64,000 bases of DNA, from positions 69,353 through 133,352 of the forward strand of contig JAKLDJ010000005.1 in assembly GCA_022703585.1 (NCBI GenBank), given 5' to 3'. The position numbers and the translations under genes are program-made. Below the pieces are notes generated by a model that saw only the letters and a program-made list of their open reading frames with translations, was not told the DNA's origin and ran no database searches. How positions within the stretch are numbered: the stretch's first letter is position 1; each line of letters opens with the position of its first letter. Positions 37,437-47,427 of this stretch are shown one piece after another. Source of the DNA: Candidatus Omnitrophota bacterium. Lineage in GTDB: Bacteria > Omnitrophota > Gorgyraeia > Zapsychrales > JAKLDJ01.

Positions 37437-38344
37437 AAGTGTTTTGCCCCTACCAACGCATCCTGCATCCGACAGGCATAGCGCTCTGCCGTTCTCACAG
37501 CAGCACAATTGATAATATCCAGGTTTCCCGCGTAGGCGGGAAGATAATCGCCCAAGCCCCGCACCTTAACCATGATCACGATGCGGTTATTTTCATAAAC
37601 CGGCGGGACAATGACCGAATACCCGGGCACATACGCTTGGATTGCTCTTTCCATCTCAAAAACGGCAGCCCTTAATTTCTCAATATCCGGCTTCGGCATT
37701 TTAGCGGACAAAGTCGTTTGCATATCAATACAAGGATCCGCGGGATTGAGAATCAAAATAACTTTGACATTATCGCATCGGGTAAAAGAACGCAGCCCCT
37801 CCTCGGTATTTTCGATGTATTCGTCGATATTGATCCGAGTCGCCATGCCCGCACTCCGCGAGGCGATAGAGGAAACAACCTCGATATACTCAATATCTTT
37901 ACACGTCCGGGAAAGGACAAAGGCGAGCGGAATCGATGCCTGACCGCCGCAGCTGACCATATTGACATTGCGATTATCGAGGGCATCATCAAGATTGATG
38001 GCCGGAACGATCATCTTGCCTATTTTGGACGGCGTCATGTCGATAACGGTTTTATCGGTTTCTTTTAATAACGCCCAATGCTGCAGGTGGTCCTTGGCCG
38101 AGGTCGCGTCAAACACAATCCGGCAGCAGTCAGGGTTATCAAGAATTTCGTTTATCCCCTTATCCGAGACCGCCACTCCCTTTTCTTTAGCTTTAAGCAT
38201 ACCCTTGGAATGGCAATTTCTCCCCACAAAACGCGTGCACTCCAAAACATCCGAGCGCAATATTTTTATCAGCAAATCCGTACCGATATTGCCGCTGCCT
38301 AAAATTGCGACTTTAATTTTTTCAGGGTACTGCGCCATAAACAA
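37433..38344 (-). CDS. Acetaldehyde dehydrogenase (acetylating), DmpF/MhpF family
   Basis: KVAILGSGNIGTDLLIKILRS and the catalytic-Cys region VSCGGQASIP. It is co-translationally coupled to the DmpG-like gene. Confidence 0.85.
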   Translation of the reverse strand: MFMAQYPEKIKVAILGSGNIGTDLLIKILRSDVLECTRFVGRNCHSKGMLKAKEKGVAVSDKGINEILDNPDCCRIVFDATSAKDHLQHWALLKETDKTVIDMTPSKIGKMIVPAINLDDALDNRNVNMVSCGGQASIPLAFVLSRTCKDIEYIEVVSSIASRSAGMATRINIDEYIENTEEGLRSFTRCDNVKVILILNPADPCIDMQTTLSAKMPKPDIEKLRAAVFEMERAIQAYVPGYSVIVPPVYENNRIVIMVKVRGLGDYLPAYAGNLDIINCAAVRTAERYACRMQDALVGAKHL

Positions 38345-38345
38345 T

Positions 38346-39044
38346 TTACCTTTTTTTCAAACCCACGCCGACCGCGAACAAATAATGCGCCATCGGATAA
38401 TAGCCGGTATGCACGACCTCGTCATTCATCGAGAATATAAAACCGTTTACAAAATATTTTTCTAATAGGGCCTTTAAATCCTTATGGTCCTTCTGATTAA
38501 TATGCTGGATACGGCTTCTTTCGGTAGCATATTTATCGGCGGTTTTATTGGGAGTGCCGATGATACAAATGCCGTCATCTTTGAGGCAACGGCAGCTATT
38601 TTCCATAAAAGGCTTTTCCAATTCCGGGTCCAGATGCTCGATGACATCAATGGAGAAGACACCGTCAAATTTGCGGTTAACCGGCGCCTGACAGATATCG
38701 ACTTTTTTAAATTCGATATTTTTAATCTTTTTTAAGCGCTGGCTATTGCCCACCATCAACCGGTCATCAACATCGATACCCAAACAATAGTGCGCATCCT
38801 GGGCAACCAAGGGAATGCCAAAGCCATCGCCGCAACCCACCTCCAGAATATCTTTTTTTCCTTGAAACATCTTGGCGCAAAATTTATACCGCGCCAAAAC
38901 AAAGCACATATGTTTGGGGTCATTAAGCAAGCTATAGGATGTCCAGGGGCCGAGCGAAATACACTCGGTATCAAACTGATAACTGCTGGCAATCTTAAAC
39001 GCCTCTTTTTGGGTCAATTTTTTCAACGGAATCTCCTTTTTCAT
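38346..39044 (-). CDS. Class I SAM-dependent methyltransferase
   Basis: ILEVGCGDGFG motif I. Confidence 0.75.
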   Translation of the reverse strand: MKKEIPLKKLTQKEAFKIASSYQFDTECISLGPWTSYSLLNDPKHMCFVLARYKFCAKMFQGKKDILEVGCGDGFGIPLVAQDAHYCLGIDVDDRLMVGNSQRLKKIKNIEFKKVDICQAPVNRKFDGVFSIDVIEHLDPELEKPFMENSCRCLKDDGICIIGTPNKTADKYATERSRIQHINQKDHKDLKALLEKYFVNGFIFSMNDEVVHTGYYPMAHYLFAVGVGLKKR

Positions 39045-39045
39045 T

Positions 39046-39864
39046 TCACATTAAAAAATCGTTTCTGCAGCGCCTGAGCTTATACATATTGGGGTCTTTC
39101 TTTAATGCCTGGGATAGCTTTTTGCTCGCAGGGCCCTGCCATTTGTCATTGACGACAGAAAAATTCCTTCCCCCGGCGATCTTCCTTCCTTGCCCGCACA
39201 GCCAGCGGATGCATCCGTAGATCTCATCCATGGTCGTGCCCTTGCCTTTTTTAAGAAACTCAATAACCTTTTGGCGCCTTTCGTCGTCCTTGCCGACATG
39301 TTTTAGGACAAAGGCGTGCGTCTTGGTCCTGGTCCACCCGGGCCCGACAATAAAGATATTGATATTCTTGTCCTCCGCATCCAGGAATTCGCACATCTTG
39401 ATCAACATGATCTTGGACACGGTATAGGCGGAAAATTTTAATACCGCATTATTAACCCCGCCACCGGCAAGAAAGACCACATCCACCACTTTGTTTTTCT
39501 TCCGGAGAGGATACATCTGGTGCAGCAGGCGCAATTGCTCGATAGAATTAACATGAACCGAATCACTCCACTCGTTAAAATCGCATTTAAAGAAATCTTT
39601 TAGCGGCAGCGGATTGCAGGGGCAAGAGATAAAGACATCCCAGGGCAAATGCAGCTTTTTATATCCGGCGATAAAACGGCTGATGCTTTTTTTATCCCCC
39701 ACATCACAGAAAAAGAGACGGCAATCTTTGATTCCCCTAAACTCCGGCAGCAATTTGGTAGAGCGATACGTCCCGACAATTTGATAGCCGGCCTTGGCGT
39801 AGCGTTTCGCCAGGGCAAGGCCGATATCGCTGGTGATGCTGATAATTACAACTGTCTTTTTCAT
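39046..39864 (-). CDS. Short-chain dehydrogenase/reductase (SDR) family protein
   Basis: The N-terminal Rossmann motif is modified (VVIISITSDIGLALAKR). The catalytic motif YTVSK (YxxxK) is present. Confidence 0.6.
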   Translation of the reverse strand: MKKTVVIISITSDIGLALAKRYAKAGYQIVGTYRSTKLLPEFRGIKDCRLFFCDVGDKKSISRFIAGYKKLHLPWDVFISCPCNPLPLKDFFKCDFNEWSDSVHVNSIEQLRLLHQMYPLRKKNKVVDVVFLAGGGVNNAVLKFSAYTVSKIMLIKMCEFLDAEDKNINIFIVGPGWTRTKTHAFVLKHVGKDDERRQKVIEFLKKGKGTTMDEIYGCIRWLCGQGRKIAGGRNFSVVNDKWQGPASKKLSQALKKDPNMYKLRRCRNDFLM

Positions 39865-39881
39865 AAATCCCCGTGCCTCGG

Positions 39882-40943
39882 TTATGATTTTAGAAAAGAA
39901 TATTTTTGTTCATCAATCTTTAACTTCCGAGCAAGGCTGCGAAAACGAACTACATCGCTTGCCTCCACCGCGATCCCTTTTGATCTCCTGACGCGATACG
40001 CTTCCTTTTCGGGATCTCCGGCCACCCGGACCCTGCCAAATCCTTTGGCCGGCGGTACCGAACGCAATTCGGTTAAAAGTTTTTTAAGCCGCGATTTAAA
40101 AGCGCCGACATTTTGAAATTTAGATATATCAATCGCCATAAGAAAATGGCCGAGCCTTCTTTTTTTACCGTCTACGGGAAACATATTCTCAATGTGCGGG
40201 CCCCAAGGCATACCCGTCAATACCCCGCACAATATCTCGACCATAAGGCCAAGCCCGTAGCCTTTGTAACCGCCGATAGGAAGAAGTGCGTTAGCGGCCG
40301 CGGCATTCAAGCATATCTTACCGTTTTTATCTGCCGCCCACCCGGCTTCCAGGCGCTTACCCTTGGCTTGATACTGCATCAATTTATTCCAAGAAATCAT
40401 GCTCGTTGCCATGTCCAGGCAAAAAGGCTCTTCCCCTCGGCAGGGAGCGGCGAAACAAATCGGATTTGTCCCCAAAAAACGTCTTTTACCCCCAAAGGGA
40501 ATAACCAGCCCTTCCACATTGGTAAAACTAAAACCCAGCATATTTTCTTTAGCCGCCATCAGGGCGTAAATCGACGCGGCGCCAAAATGCGTCGAATTAT
40601 AAACCGCGACACAGCCCACCCCGCAACGCCGGGCAACCTGTATCGCCTTTTCCATCGCCATGCCCGCCGCGGCAATCCCAAAGGTGTGATCCGCATTCAT
40701 CAGAACCGTTGTCAGCGAAGTCTTTTTAAATGTCAGCCGCGGTGATAGATTGATCCGTCCGATCAATGCCGCCTGAACATAATGCGGCAAAAGCCGGACG
40801 CCGTGCGAGTCTACTCCTCGAAGCGATGACTCGATAAGGCCGTCAATAACCGGCGCGGATAATTTTCTAGGGCAGCGAATACGGGAAAAGATATCCCTAA
40901 AAAATTCCCTGGCTAAGTTTTCTTTTAAGTATTTAAAAGCCAT
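39882..40943 (-). CDS. Ldh_2 family (malate/L-lactate/sulfolactate-type) 2-hydroxyacid dehydrogenase
   Basis: GVDSHGVRLLPHY, GTNPICFAAP and GGYKGYGLGLMVE are signature Ldh_2 blocks. Confidence 0.8.
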   Translation of the reverse strand: MAFKYLKENLAREFFRDIFSRIRCPRKLSAPVIDGLIESSLRGVDSHGVRLLPHYVQAALIGRINLSPRLTFKKTSLTTVLMNADHTFGIAAAGMAMEKAIQVARRCGVGCVAVYNSTHFGAASIYALMAAKENMLGFSFTNVEGLVIPFGGKRRFLGTNPICFAAPCRGEEPFCLDMATSMISWNKLMQYQAKGKRLEAGWAADKNGKICLNAAAANALLPIGGYKGYGLGLMVEILCGVLTGMPWGPHIENMFPVDGKKRRLGHFLMAIDISKFQNVGAFKSRLKKLLTELRSVPPAKGFGRVRVAGDPEKEAYRVRRSKGIAVEASDVVRFRSLARKLKIDEQKYSFLKS

Positions 40944-40970
40944 CAGACTCGCCCGCTTTGAATTTAAAAT

Positions 40971-41480
40971 TTATAGCCGAAATAGCTTTAGCGTCTCTTT
41001 CATCCAAATCGCATTATCGCGAAAATGCTGCGCCGTCACCAGCGTCCCGTCGACCACCACCGGCTCGTCGATATAACTAGCACCGGCATTGATCAAATCA
41101 TCCTTGCAGCCTTTATAGCAGGTGGCCTTCTTTCCTTTCATAATCCCTGCCGAAACCAACACCCACGGCCCGTGACAAATACTCGCAATAGGCTTTTTAA
41201 GGTCATGCATGGCCTTGGTGAATTTTAAGATCTCAGGAACCTGTCGCACCCGATCCGGCGCTTCGTGCCCGCCGGGAATCACCAATAGATCAAACTGTTT
41301 CGCATCCAGAGCAGAAAAATTAATCGTCGGCTTTGCGGATATTCCGTGTTTACCACTCACCACTCCGTCCGTTGATGTACACACATCCACCGAAAATCCC
41401 GCCTCCTGCAAACGGTAATAGGGATAAAAGAATTCGGTATCTTCAAAGCCGGGCCCGGTAATAATAACCGCTCGATTCAT
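40971..41480 (-). CDS. DJ-1/PfpI family protein
   Basis: 169 aa. The nucleophile-elbow motif ASICHGPWVL is present. Confidence 0.8.
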   Translation of the reverse strand: MNRAVIITGPGFEDTEFFYPYYRLQEAGFSVDVCTSTDGVVSGKHGISAKPTINFSALDAKQFDLLVIPGGHEAPDRVRQVPEILKFTKAMHDLKKPIASICHGPWVLVSAGIMKGKKATCYKGCKDDLINAGASYIDEPVVVDGTLVTAQHFRDNAIWMKETLKLFRL

Positions 41481-41570
41481 ATCGATCCTCCGTTCTTTAG
41501 AAACAAAAAATGCTACCCTTCACCACAGAAATCCTGACGGCACAAAAATGACCGATAGGCATTAAAATAA

Positions 41571-43514
41571 TCAAACGGGTATACCTATCATTTTCGCAAC
41601 GTCATATATTTCAAAAAACTTTGACCAAAAAGGTGATTCTTTTACAGCTTTTTTATAATGGGCAGCTGCAAATTCATACCTCTCTTCATTGCCGAGCAAC
41701 CGGGCTGCCTTTGCGTTAACACCCCAAGCCACTGCATCCATTAAATAAAATCTAAGAATATGATCCGTGATATTTAAGATTTTCTTAGGTTCTCCAGAGG
41801 GTTGAAGATTAGGATTTCCGATAAGATTAACAAAGACATTAAAATATATCTGAAACTGCTGAATTTCCAACGGGCCAGGATTTTTATCAGGATCCATTTT
41901 TCGGAAATCATAAACTTCTTTGTACCGGTCGTCAAAAGTTAAGCCACGTTCCATTGCCCATTGGCCCGGAGTATATATATTTATTTTGGCGGTTTCATCG
42001 CCATGAACGACACGTTCATCGCCTAAAGATCGAAGCTGTTCAAACATTGCCGTACCCGGAATAGGAAATAAAACCGCACATTGGCAAAAGTCAACCCTTA
42101 AATCTTTGGCATAATCAAAAGTATTAAATAACTCCGCATAGGTCTCATTCGGAAACCCGATCATAAAATTGGCAAATAGCCAAATATGCGGATGGTTCTT
42201 TTTAAATATTTGACAGGCCTCTTCGACTTTGCTCAAAACAATAGGTTTGCACAAAGTTTTCAAGCGTTTCTCATTGGCCGTTTCTACCCCAAACCCGGCC
42301 ACGACACAGCCAGCCTGCGACATAGCCTTAGCCACTTTTTCATCGATCGAAATCGCCAACAAGGCATTTCCGGTGGAGAATGTCAAATCCAAATCAAGCG
42401 AGGCCCAACGGTCAAACAGCTCCAGCGCACGATCATGATAGGCGAGCAAATCATCATCGATAATCTCAACATGCCGAACTTTCTTCTCGTGATAGAGAAA
42501 GGATAACTCATCCATGACATCGTCGACGGACCTGCTCCTGACGCCGTTTCCCATGAGATTGTTCACCTGACAAAAGGCACAGCGCCCGCGACAACCGCGG
42601 TTGGTTAACAGGGTCGCCCACCTTCTGTCGGGAGAAGAGCCGGAGCGCGCCCACAGATTCGGCATGCCGACGTCGTTGTATCCATCCAGATCAATAAGGC
42701 TATATTCTTTTCGAATGTCGGGACATACGGTTCTTTCCCTGCGGTCGTCAAATGAAACAATATCTCCGTTGTGCTTAAATGACAGGTTGGATAGGACAGG
42801 AACAGCTGCTTCGGCCTCCGAAGAACCGCAGTTGACTTTCTCCCAGAAATTCAACAATTTAACAAATTGCGCCTGGCCTTCTTTTTTAATAACGATATCG
42901 CAATGGCCGAATTTCAATAGATTTTCAAAATTAGCAGAACTCTGCGGCCCTCCAGCAATCAAAAGTTTGCCCCGTCCGGATAGATGTCTTAGAAAATGAA
43001 GCGCCTCTGTCTGAGAAGGCTCAAAAAGAATTGAGAAACCATAGAGGTCACAATCATCAGGGATCAATTCCAAAAGCGCGTTAACATCATGCGGTTGATG
43101 CCGGGCTGTTCTTTTTAATGCCTCAAGAGATAGATCGATAATCTCTACGCTCCAATCCGGCAGCAAATGCCGTAAGGCAGACGAAAGCATCATCAGTCCG
43201 TACGGAGGATAGACGCTGTAACGCTTATTCTCAACCGCCCGAGGCTCTGTCTTTTGAGGGTCTAATGTCGGCGGAACTAGCAGGCATACCTTTCGATTAC
43301 GAATGGGAAAATTCGCCAGAAGATCCGAAAGTTTTTGATACTGAACGAGCTGCTCATTGCTTAAGATTCCGGAATCGAAGGAATTTTGAAAGAATACTTC
43401 CCTCAGCTCTTCCGTAGATAAATGATCAACTGACGGATCCGCTTTAAACATTTTTAAAGATCCAATTTCTGCCTTTAAGAACTCGTGCTTATGCTTAACA
43501 AGATCCTTGGTCAT
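41571..43514 (-). CDS. B12-binding-domain radical SAM protein
   Basis: 647 aa. An N-terminal cobalamin-binding-like domain precedes a CxxxCxxC radical-SAM motif (CRGRCAFC). Confidence 0.85.
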   Translation of the reverse strand: MTKDLVKHKHEFLKAEIGSLKMFKADPSVDHLSTEELREVFFQNSFDSGILSNEQLVQYQKLSDLLANFPIRNRKVCLLVPPTLDPQKTEPRAVENKRYSVYPPYGLMMLSSALRHLLPDWSVEIIDLSLEALKRTARHQPHDVNALLELIPDDCDLYGFSILFEPSQTEALHFLRHLSGRGKLLIAGGPQSSANFENLLKFGHCDIVIKKEGQAQFVKLLNFWEKVNCGSSEAEAAVPVLSNLSFKHNGDIVSFDDRRERTVCPDIRKEYSLIDLDGYNDVGMPNLWARSGSSPDRRWATLLTNRGCRGRCAFCQVNNLMGNGVRSRSVDDVMDELSFLYHEKKVRHVEIIDDDLLAYHDRALELFDRWASLDLDLTFSTGNALLAISIDEKVAKAMSQAGCVVAGFGVETANEKRLKTLCKPIVLSKVEEACQIFKKNHPHIWLFANFMIGFPNETYAELFNTFDYAKDLRVDFCQCAVLFPIPGTAMFEQLRSLGDERVVHGDETAKINIYTPGQWAMERGLTFDDRYKEVYDFRKMDPDKNPGPLEIQQFQIYFNVFVNLIGNPNLQPSGEPKKILNITDHILRFYLMDAVAWGVNAKAARLLGNEERYEFAAAHYKKAVKESPFWSKFFEIYDVAKMIGIPV

Positions 43515-44338
43515 CTATCTTTCCTGACAACAATCGCTTCTAAAACACCACTCGTGCGTACGCCGGAAGATTCTTTAATGTCTTCCCGCCCCAGCACATT
43601 GCCCGCCTTAAAGACAACCTTGCCCTGTCCGTCGATAATTCTTCCCTTCAAGATGCACATCATGTCCCAGCGGAACCGGCGCGACAGATCCTTTAGCGAT
43701 TGATGGTTGTTATAACGCATAAATTGAATCCGGCAGCGGCCAAACCTTTTTTGGGTATCAAAGTGAGAGTTCGAGTCGATAAACGAAACGTAGTCGTACT
43801 GCTGCAGGTCAGAATATATGTATTCATCAGTTTCATAGCCGGTCTGTTCGCGCCCGTAATCATCCTTTAAACGCACTAAATCGCGTTTGTTAACCGGCGT
43901 TTCAATCTCGAGAATAAAAGTACCCCGGGAAGATAATGATCGCGTGGAATGAAAGACCCCTTTGCCGAATAATACCCCCTGGGCAGGGCGCCTTTGCATT
44001 TTTTCACCAAGCGTCAGGCATAAGGCATTTCCCGACAGGACGATGATTGATGTCTTTTTGCCTTGGTGACAGTGCATCGAAGTCCGGCACCCTTTTTTGA
44101 TATTTAGGATCCATGCGGAAACAAATTTATTGGCAAAAAGAAGATACTCATAACCCCACGGTTTTCGCACTACCGCCCGGGAAAAATCATGGAGGTCGTT
44201 ACCCTTGGGAGCCACATTTGTCTTGATCTCAGCAAGCGCGCGGCGGTCAAACGTGCAGGGAATCAATTTTTTATTGATCCGAAAAGACAAGGTATTTTTT
44301 AATCGACTCACGCTACTTTTTTCGGCCATTTTAATCAA
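43511..44338 (-). CDS. Cupin-domain protein
   Basis: KPWGYEYLL...SMHCHQGKK...GVFH resembles a cupin_2 metal site. It overlaps the B12-rSAM start by 4 nt. Confidence 0.55.
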   Translation of the reverse strand: MIKMAEKSSVSRLKNTLSFRINKKLIPCTFDRRALAEIKTNVAPKGNDLHDFSRAVVRKPWGYEYLLFANKFVSAWILNIKKGCRTSMHCHQGKKTSIIVLSGNALCLTLGEKMQRRPAQGVLFGKGVFHSTRSLSSRGTFILEIETPVNKRDLVRLKDDYGREQTGYETDEYIYSDLQQYDYVSFIDSNSHFDTQKRFGRCRIQFMRYNNHQSLKDLSRRFRWDMMCILKGRIIDGQGKVVFKAGNVLGREDIKESSGVRTSGVLEAIVVRKDR

Positions 44339-44370
44339 AACGATTTTACGTTTGTTGCCCTATGCCAACT

Positions 44371-45363
44371 TTAAGGTTTATGAATATATTCCAGCGGCTC
44401 TTTTTTAATCCGTTCCCACCTTCCCTCCACCCAATCGATCACATCGCCCAATCCTTCTTCGACAGAAACAGCGGGCTTCCAGCCAAAGGCCTTTCTCGCC
44501 TTAGTCGAATCGATGACATACGCCGCATCCTGGCCCAGTCGTTCGCCTGCCGCTTGGGTTGCCTTTTTAAAATCAACCCCCATCATCTGGCAAATCGTCT
44601 TAACGACATCCTTAACCGCGATGCCGCTCTTTGGCGACAGATGATAGATCTCTCCGTTTTTTCCTTTTTCCATTGCTAGCTTTTCGCCTTTGGAAATATC
44701 ACGAATATGAATATAGGATTTGACCGCCTTGCCGCCGCCGTGAAGATAAATCTTTTTTCCCATCTTAATAGAAATCACGGTACGGGGAATAATTTTAAAA
44801 AGCTGCTGGTGCGCACCGTAAACATTGGTCGAGCGGATTGTGACCAGCGGAAAATTATAATTCTTAACCAACGTAAACAGGAATAGATCGCCGGCCGCCT
44901 TGGACGCGGCATACGGCGTGCTGGGATTGACGGAATAATCTTCCTTGACCACCCCGCGGCAGGTCCCGTAAACTTCAGGGCTTGAGATATGCACATAGCG
45001 GCGCAAATATTTGGCTTTCTTTAAATGATCTCCCAGGCGGGACAGCGCGACGACGTTGGTCATAAACCACTGCTCGGGATGCTCCCAACTGGGCGCGACC
45101 TCGCTTTGCGCGGCAAAATTAACGATATATTCGGGTTTAAAAGAATCGAGCAGTTTTCGGATCCCGTCCATATCTTTATTGAGATCCATTTGATAGAAGT
45201 TGAATCTTCCGGTCTGGCGGCGTTTATACGGCAGAAACAGATCGCTTTTTTCCGGCGAGCGGCTGATGCCGATAATCTCGTTTTCTTTTTCATCGAGTAA
45301 TAGATCGATAAAGTCGCTTCCCGAAAATGAATTGCTGCCGATAACAACAATGCGCTTGGACAT
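44371..45363 (-). CDS. NAD-dependent NDP-sugar 4,6-dehydratase/epimerase (extended SDR)
   Basis: 330 aa. ISSPEVYG, the YAASKAAGD catalytic motif and an RmlB-like C-terminus. The N-terminal Gly motif is degenerate (GSNSFSGS). Confidence 0.7.
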   Translation of the reverse strand: MSKRIVVIGSNSFSGSDFIDLLLDEKENEIIGISRSPEKSDLFLPYKRRQTGRFNFYQMDLNKDMDGIRKLLDSFKPEYIVNFAAQSEVAPSWEHPEQWFMTNVVALSRLGDHLKKAKYLRRYVHISSPEVYGTCRGVVKEDYSVNPSTPYAASKAAGDLFLFTLVKNYNFPLVTIRSTNVYGAHQQLFKIIPRTVISIKMGKKIYLHGGGKAVKSYIHIRDISKGEKLAMEKGKNGEIYHLSPKSGIAVKDVVKTICQMMGVDFKKATQAAGERLGQDAAYVIDSTKARKAFGWKPAVSVEEGLGDVIDWVEGRWERIKKEPLEYIHKP

Positions 45364-45378
45364 TTTTTCCTTTTTAAT

Positions 45379-46455
45379 CTAGAACGGCCCGCGAAACGAT
45401 AGATCCGGAACGTCATGCGGGTTGACTTCGCTTTGCGCTTCTTTTAAAAGCGTTTTAAGCTCATTAGCATCTTTTCCTAAAAGTTCCCAGGCGGCTTGCA
45501 CGATCGCACGGTATCCGGGATAAAAATCCTCCGTTAAAGACGGTGCTGACGGCATGGGAATTTCGGGTAAGGCAATGCGCCGCGGCGCTTTCTTTAAACT
45601 TTTCCACGCCCCTTCGGTCGCACGCGCCGCGATCTCCGCACTTACCCCGAACGACAGCCAACCGCAATCGGCAACGATTAAATGGCCGGTCTTTTTAACC
45701 GATTGGCTGACGGTCTCAAAATCCAGCGGCCGGATACTGCGCAAGTCAATGACCTCGGCCGTGATCCCTTTTTTCTCTAGGATCTGAGCCGCCCGAATCG
45801 CTTCGATCGTCATATGCGAAACGGCAGCAATAGTCACCATATCCCCTTTGCGGACAACACTCGCTTTTCCCAAAGGAATACGATAAGGGTCCTGGTGAAC
45901 ATGGCCTTCGATATCGTAAAGCCAGCGGTGCTCAATGGAGATAACCGGATTATCATCTTCGATAGCGGAGACAAGCAGGCCCTTGGCATCGTGCGGTGTT
46001 GCCGGCATAATCACTTTTAAACCCGGAATATGCGCGAACAATGCCTGCAGGCTTTGGGAATGCTGCGCCCCCTGGCCCCAGCCGCGGCCCACGACCATAC
46101 GGATAACCAAAGGAATATTCATCTGCCCGCCGAACATAAAATGCCATTTGGCGGCATTGTTAATAATCTGGTCCAAGGAAAGCAATGCAAAATCCACCCG
46201 TTGGTGAGTAAGAATCGGCCGAAATCCGCGCAGCGCCGCGCCGATACAAATTCCGGTCATCCCGTTTTCACAAACCGGCATATCCATGACCCGGCCGGAA
46301 CCATATTTTTCTTTTAACCCTAAGGTCGAGCCAAAGATTCCTTTTGGATCGGGCACGCCTTCCCCAATAATAAAGACAGCCGGGTCTTTGGCCATGCATT
46401 GATCAATGGCCTCGCGGAGTGCTTGCGAATATTTTATTTGTCGTTCTACGGTCAT
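45379..46455 (-). CDS. ThDP-dependent dehydrogenase E1 component, beta subunit (transketolase C-terminal-like)
   Basis: 358 aa with typical E1-beta blocks (FIIGEGV, MPVCENGMTGICIGAALRGFRPI, LKVIMPATPHDAKGLL). Confidence 0.85.
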   Translation of the reverse strand: MTVERQIKYSQALREAIDQCMAKDPAVFIIGEGVPDPKGIFGSTLGLKEKYGSGRVMDMPVCENGMTGICIGAALRGFRPILTHQRVDFALLSLDQIINNAAKWHFMFGGQMNIPLVIRMVVGRGWGQGAQHSQSLQALFAHIPGLKVIMPATPHDAKGLLVSAIEDDNPVISIEHRWLYDIEGHVHQDPYRIPLGKASVVRKGDMVTIAAVSHMTIEAIRAAQILEKKGITAEVIDLRSIRPLDFETVSQSVKKTGHLIVADCGWLSFGVSAEIAARATEGAWKSLKKAPRRIALPEIPMPSAPSLTEDFYPGYRAIVQAAWELLGKDANELKTLLKEAQSEVNPHDVPDLSFRGPF

Positions 46456-46461
46456 ATTGAT

Positions 46462-47427
46462 TTATAAGGCATAAACATCGTTTAGAGAAACACCCTTGGC
46501 AAAAGGCGCAGCCTGCGCCAAGGTAACGGCCGTATCAATTTCTTTTTGAATCTGCGTTTCCATCCCGGTGATTTCGGCCGGCTTGATCACCTTGTTTAAA
46601 AGGGCGTATTTCTTAAACCGGTCGATGGGGCATTTCTTTTGCCAGAGTTTAAACTCGGCCTCATCGCGATAACCGATATGATTGTCGTAATTCGGGCCGC
46701 AATGCTCGCGCCAGCGGTAGGTTAAGAATTCGATCAAAGCCGGCCCGCGCCCTGCGCGGACAGCATCGATCATTTCTTTTGATACCTCGTAAACTTTTCC
46801 GCAATCATTCCCGTCGGCTCGAAACGAACGGATCCCGTAGCCTTTGGCCAGAGAGGCAATGGAGCGCTTGGGCTGCCGCTCGGCAATCGGCGTATACACC
46901 GAATAAAGATTATTCTCGCAGACAAAAACAATAGGCAAGTTTTTTAAAACCGCAAAGTTAACCGATTCGTGGAATGCCCCTTCTTCGACGGCCGCGTCTC
47001 CCAAGAAAGCGACCGTCACGGTTTTGTTGTTTTTCATCTTTTCCGCCCAGGCCACACCTGTCGCCACCGGAATCGTTCCTCCGACAATAGGCGTTGAACC
47101 TAAAAAATTTACGGACAGATCGATCAAATGCATCGAACCGCCGCGGCCCCGGGAGCAGCCTGTTTCTTTGCCGTACAATTCGGCAAATAATTTTTCCAGA
47201 TTTCCGCCCTTGGCCAAATAATGCCCGTGCGAACGGTGATTGCTTAAAACCAGGTCTTCATTCTTTAAATTGGCGCTTACCCCCGCCGCGACCGCCTCCT
47301 GGCCGATGCATAAATGCACCGGGCAGCGCATTTGTTGCTGGGGATAGAGCTCAACAATTCGCTCCTCCACCATCCGGATGCGCAACATTTGGTAAAAAAG
47401 AGATTGTAAGATTTTTTTGGTGATCAT
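46462..47427 (-). CDS. ThDP-dependent dehydrogenase E1 component, alpha subunit
   Basis: 321 aa. ThDP motif GDAAVEEGAFHESVNFA...NN. YRWREH is typical of E1-alpha. Confidence 0.85.
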   Translation of the reverse strand: MITKKILQSLFYQMLRIRMVEERIVELYPQQQMRCPVHLCIGQEAVAAGVSANLKNEDLVLSNHRSHGHYLAKGGNLEKLFAELYGKETGCSRGRGGSMHLIDLSVNFLGSTPIVGGTIPVATGVAWAEKMKNNKTVTVAFLGDAAVEEGAFHESVNFAVLKNLPIVFVCENNLYSVYTPIAERQPKRSIASLAKGYGIRSFRADGNDCGKVYEVSKEMIDAVRAGRGPALIEFLTYRWREHCGPNYDNHIGYRDEAEFKLWQKKCPIDRFKKYALLNKVIKPAEITGMETQIQKEIDTAVTLAQAAPFAKGVSLNDVYAL

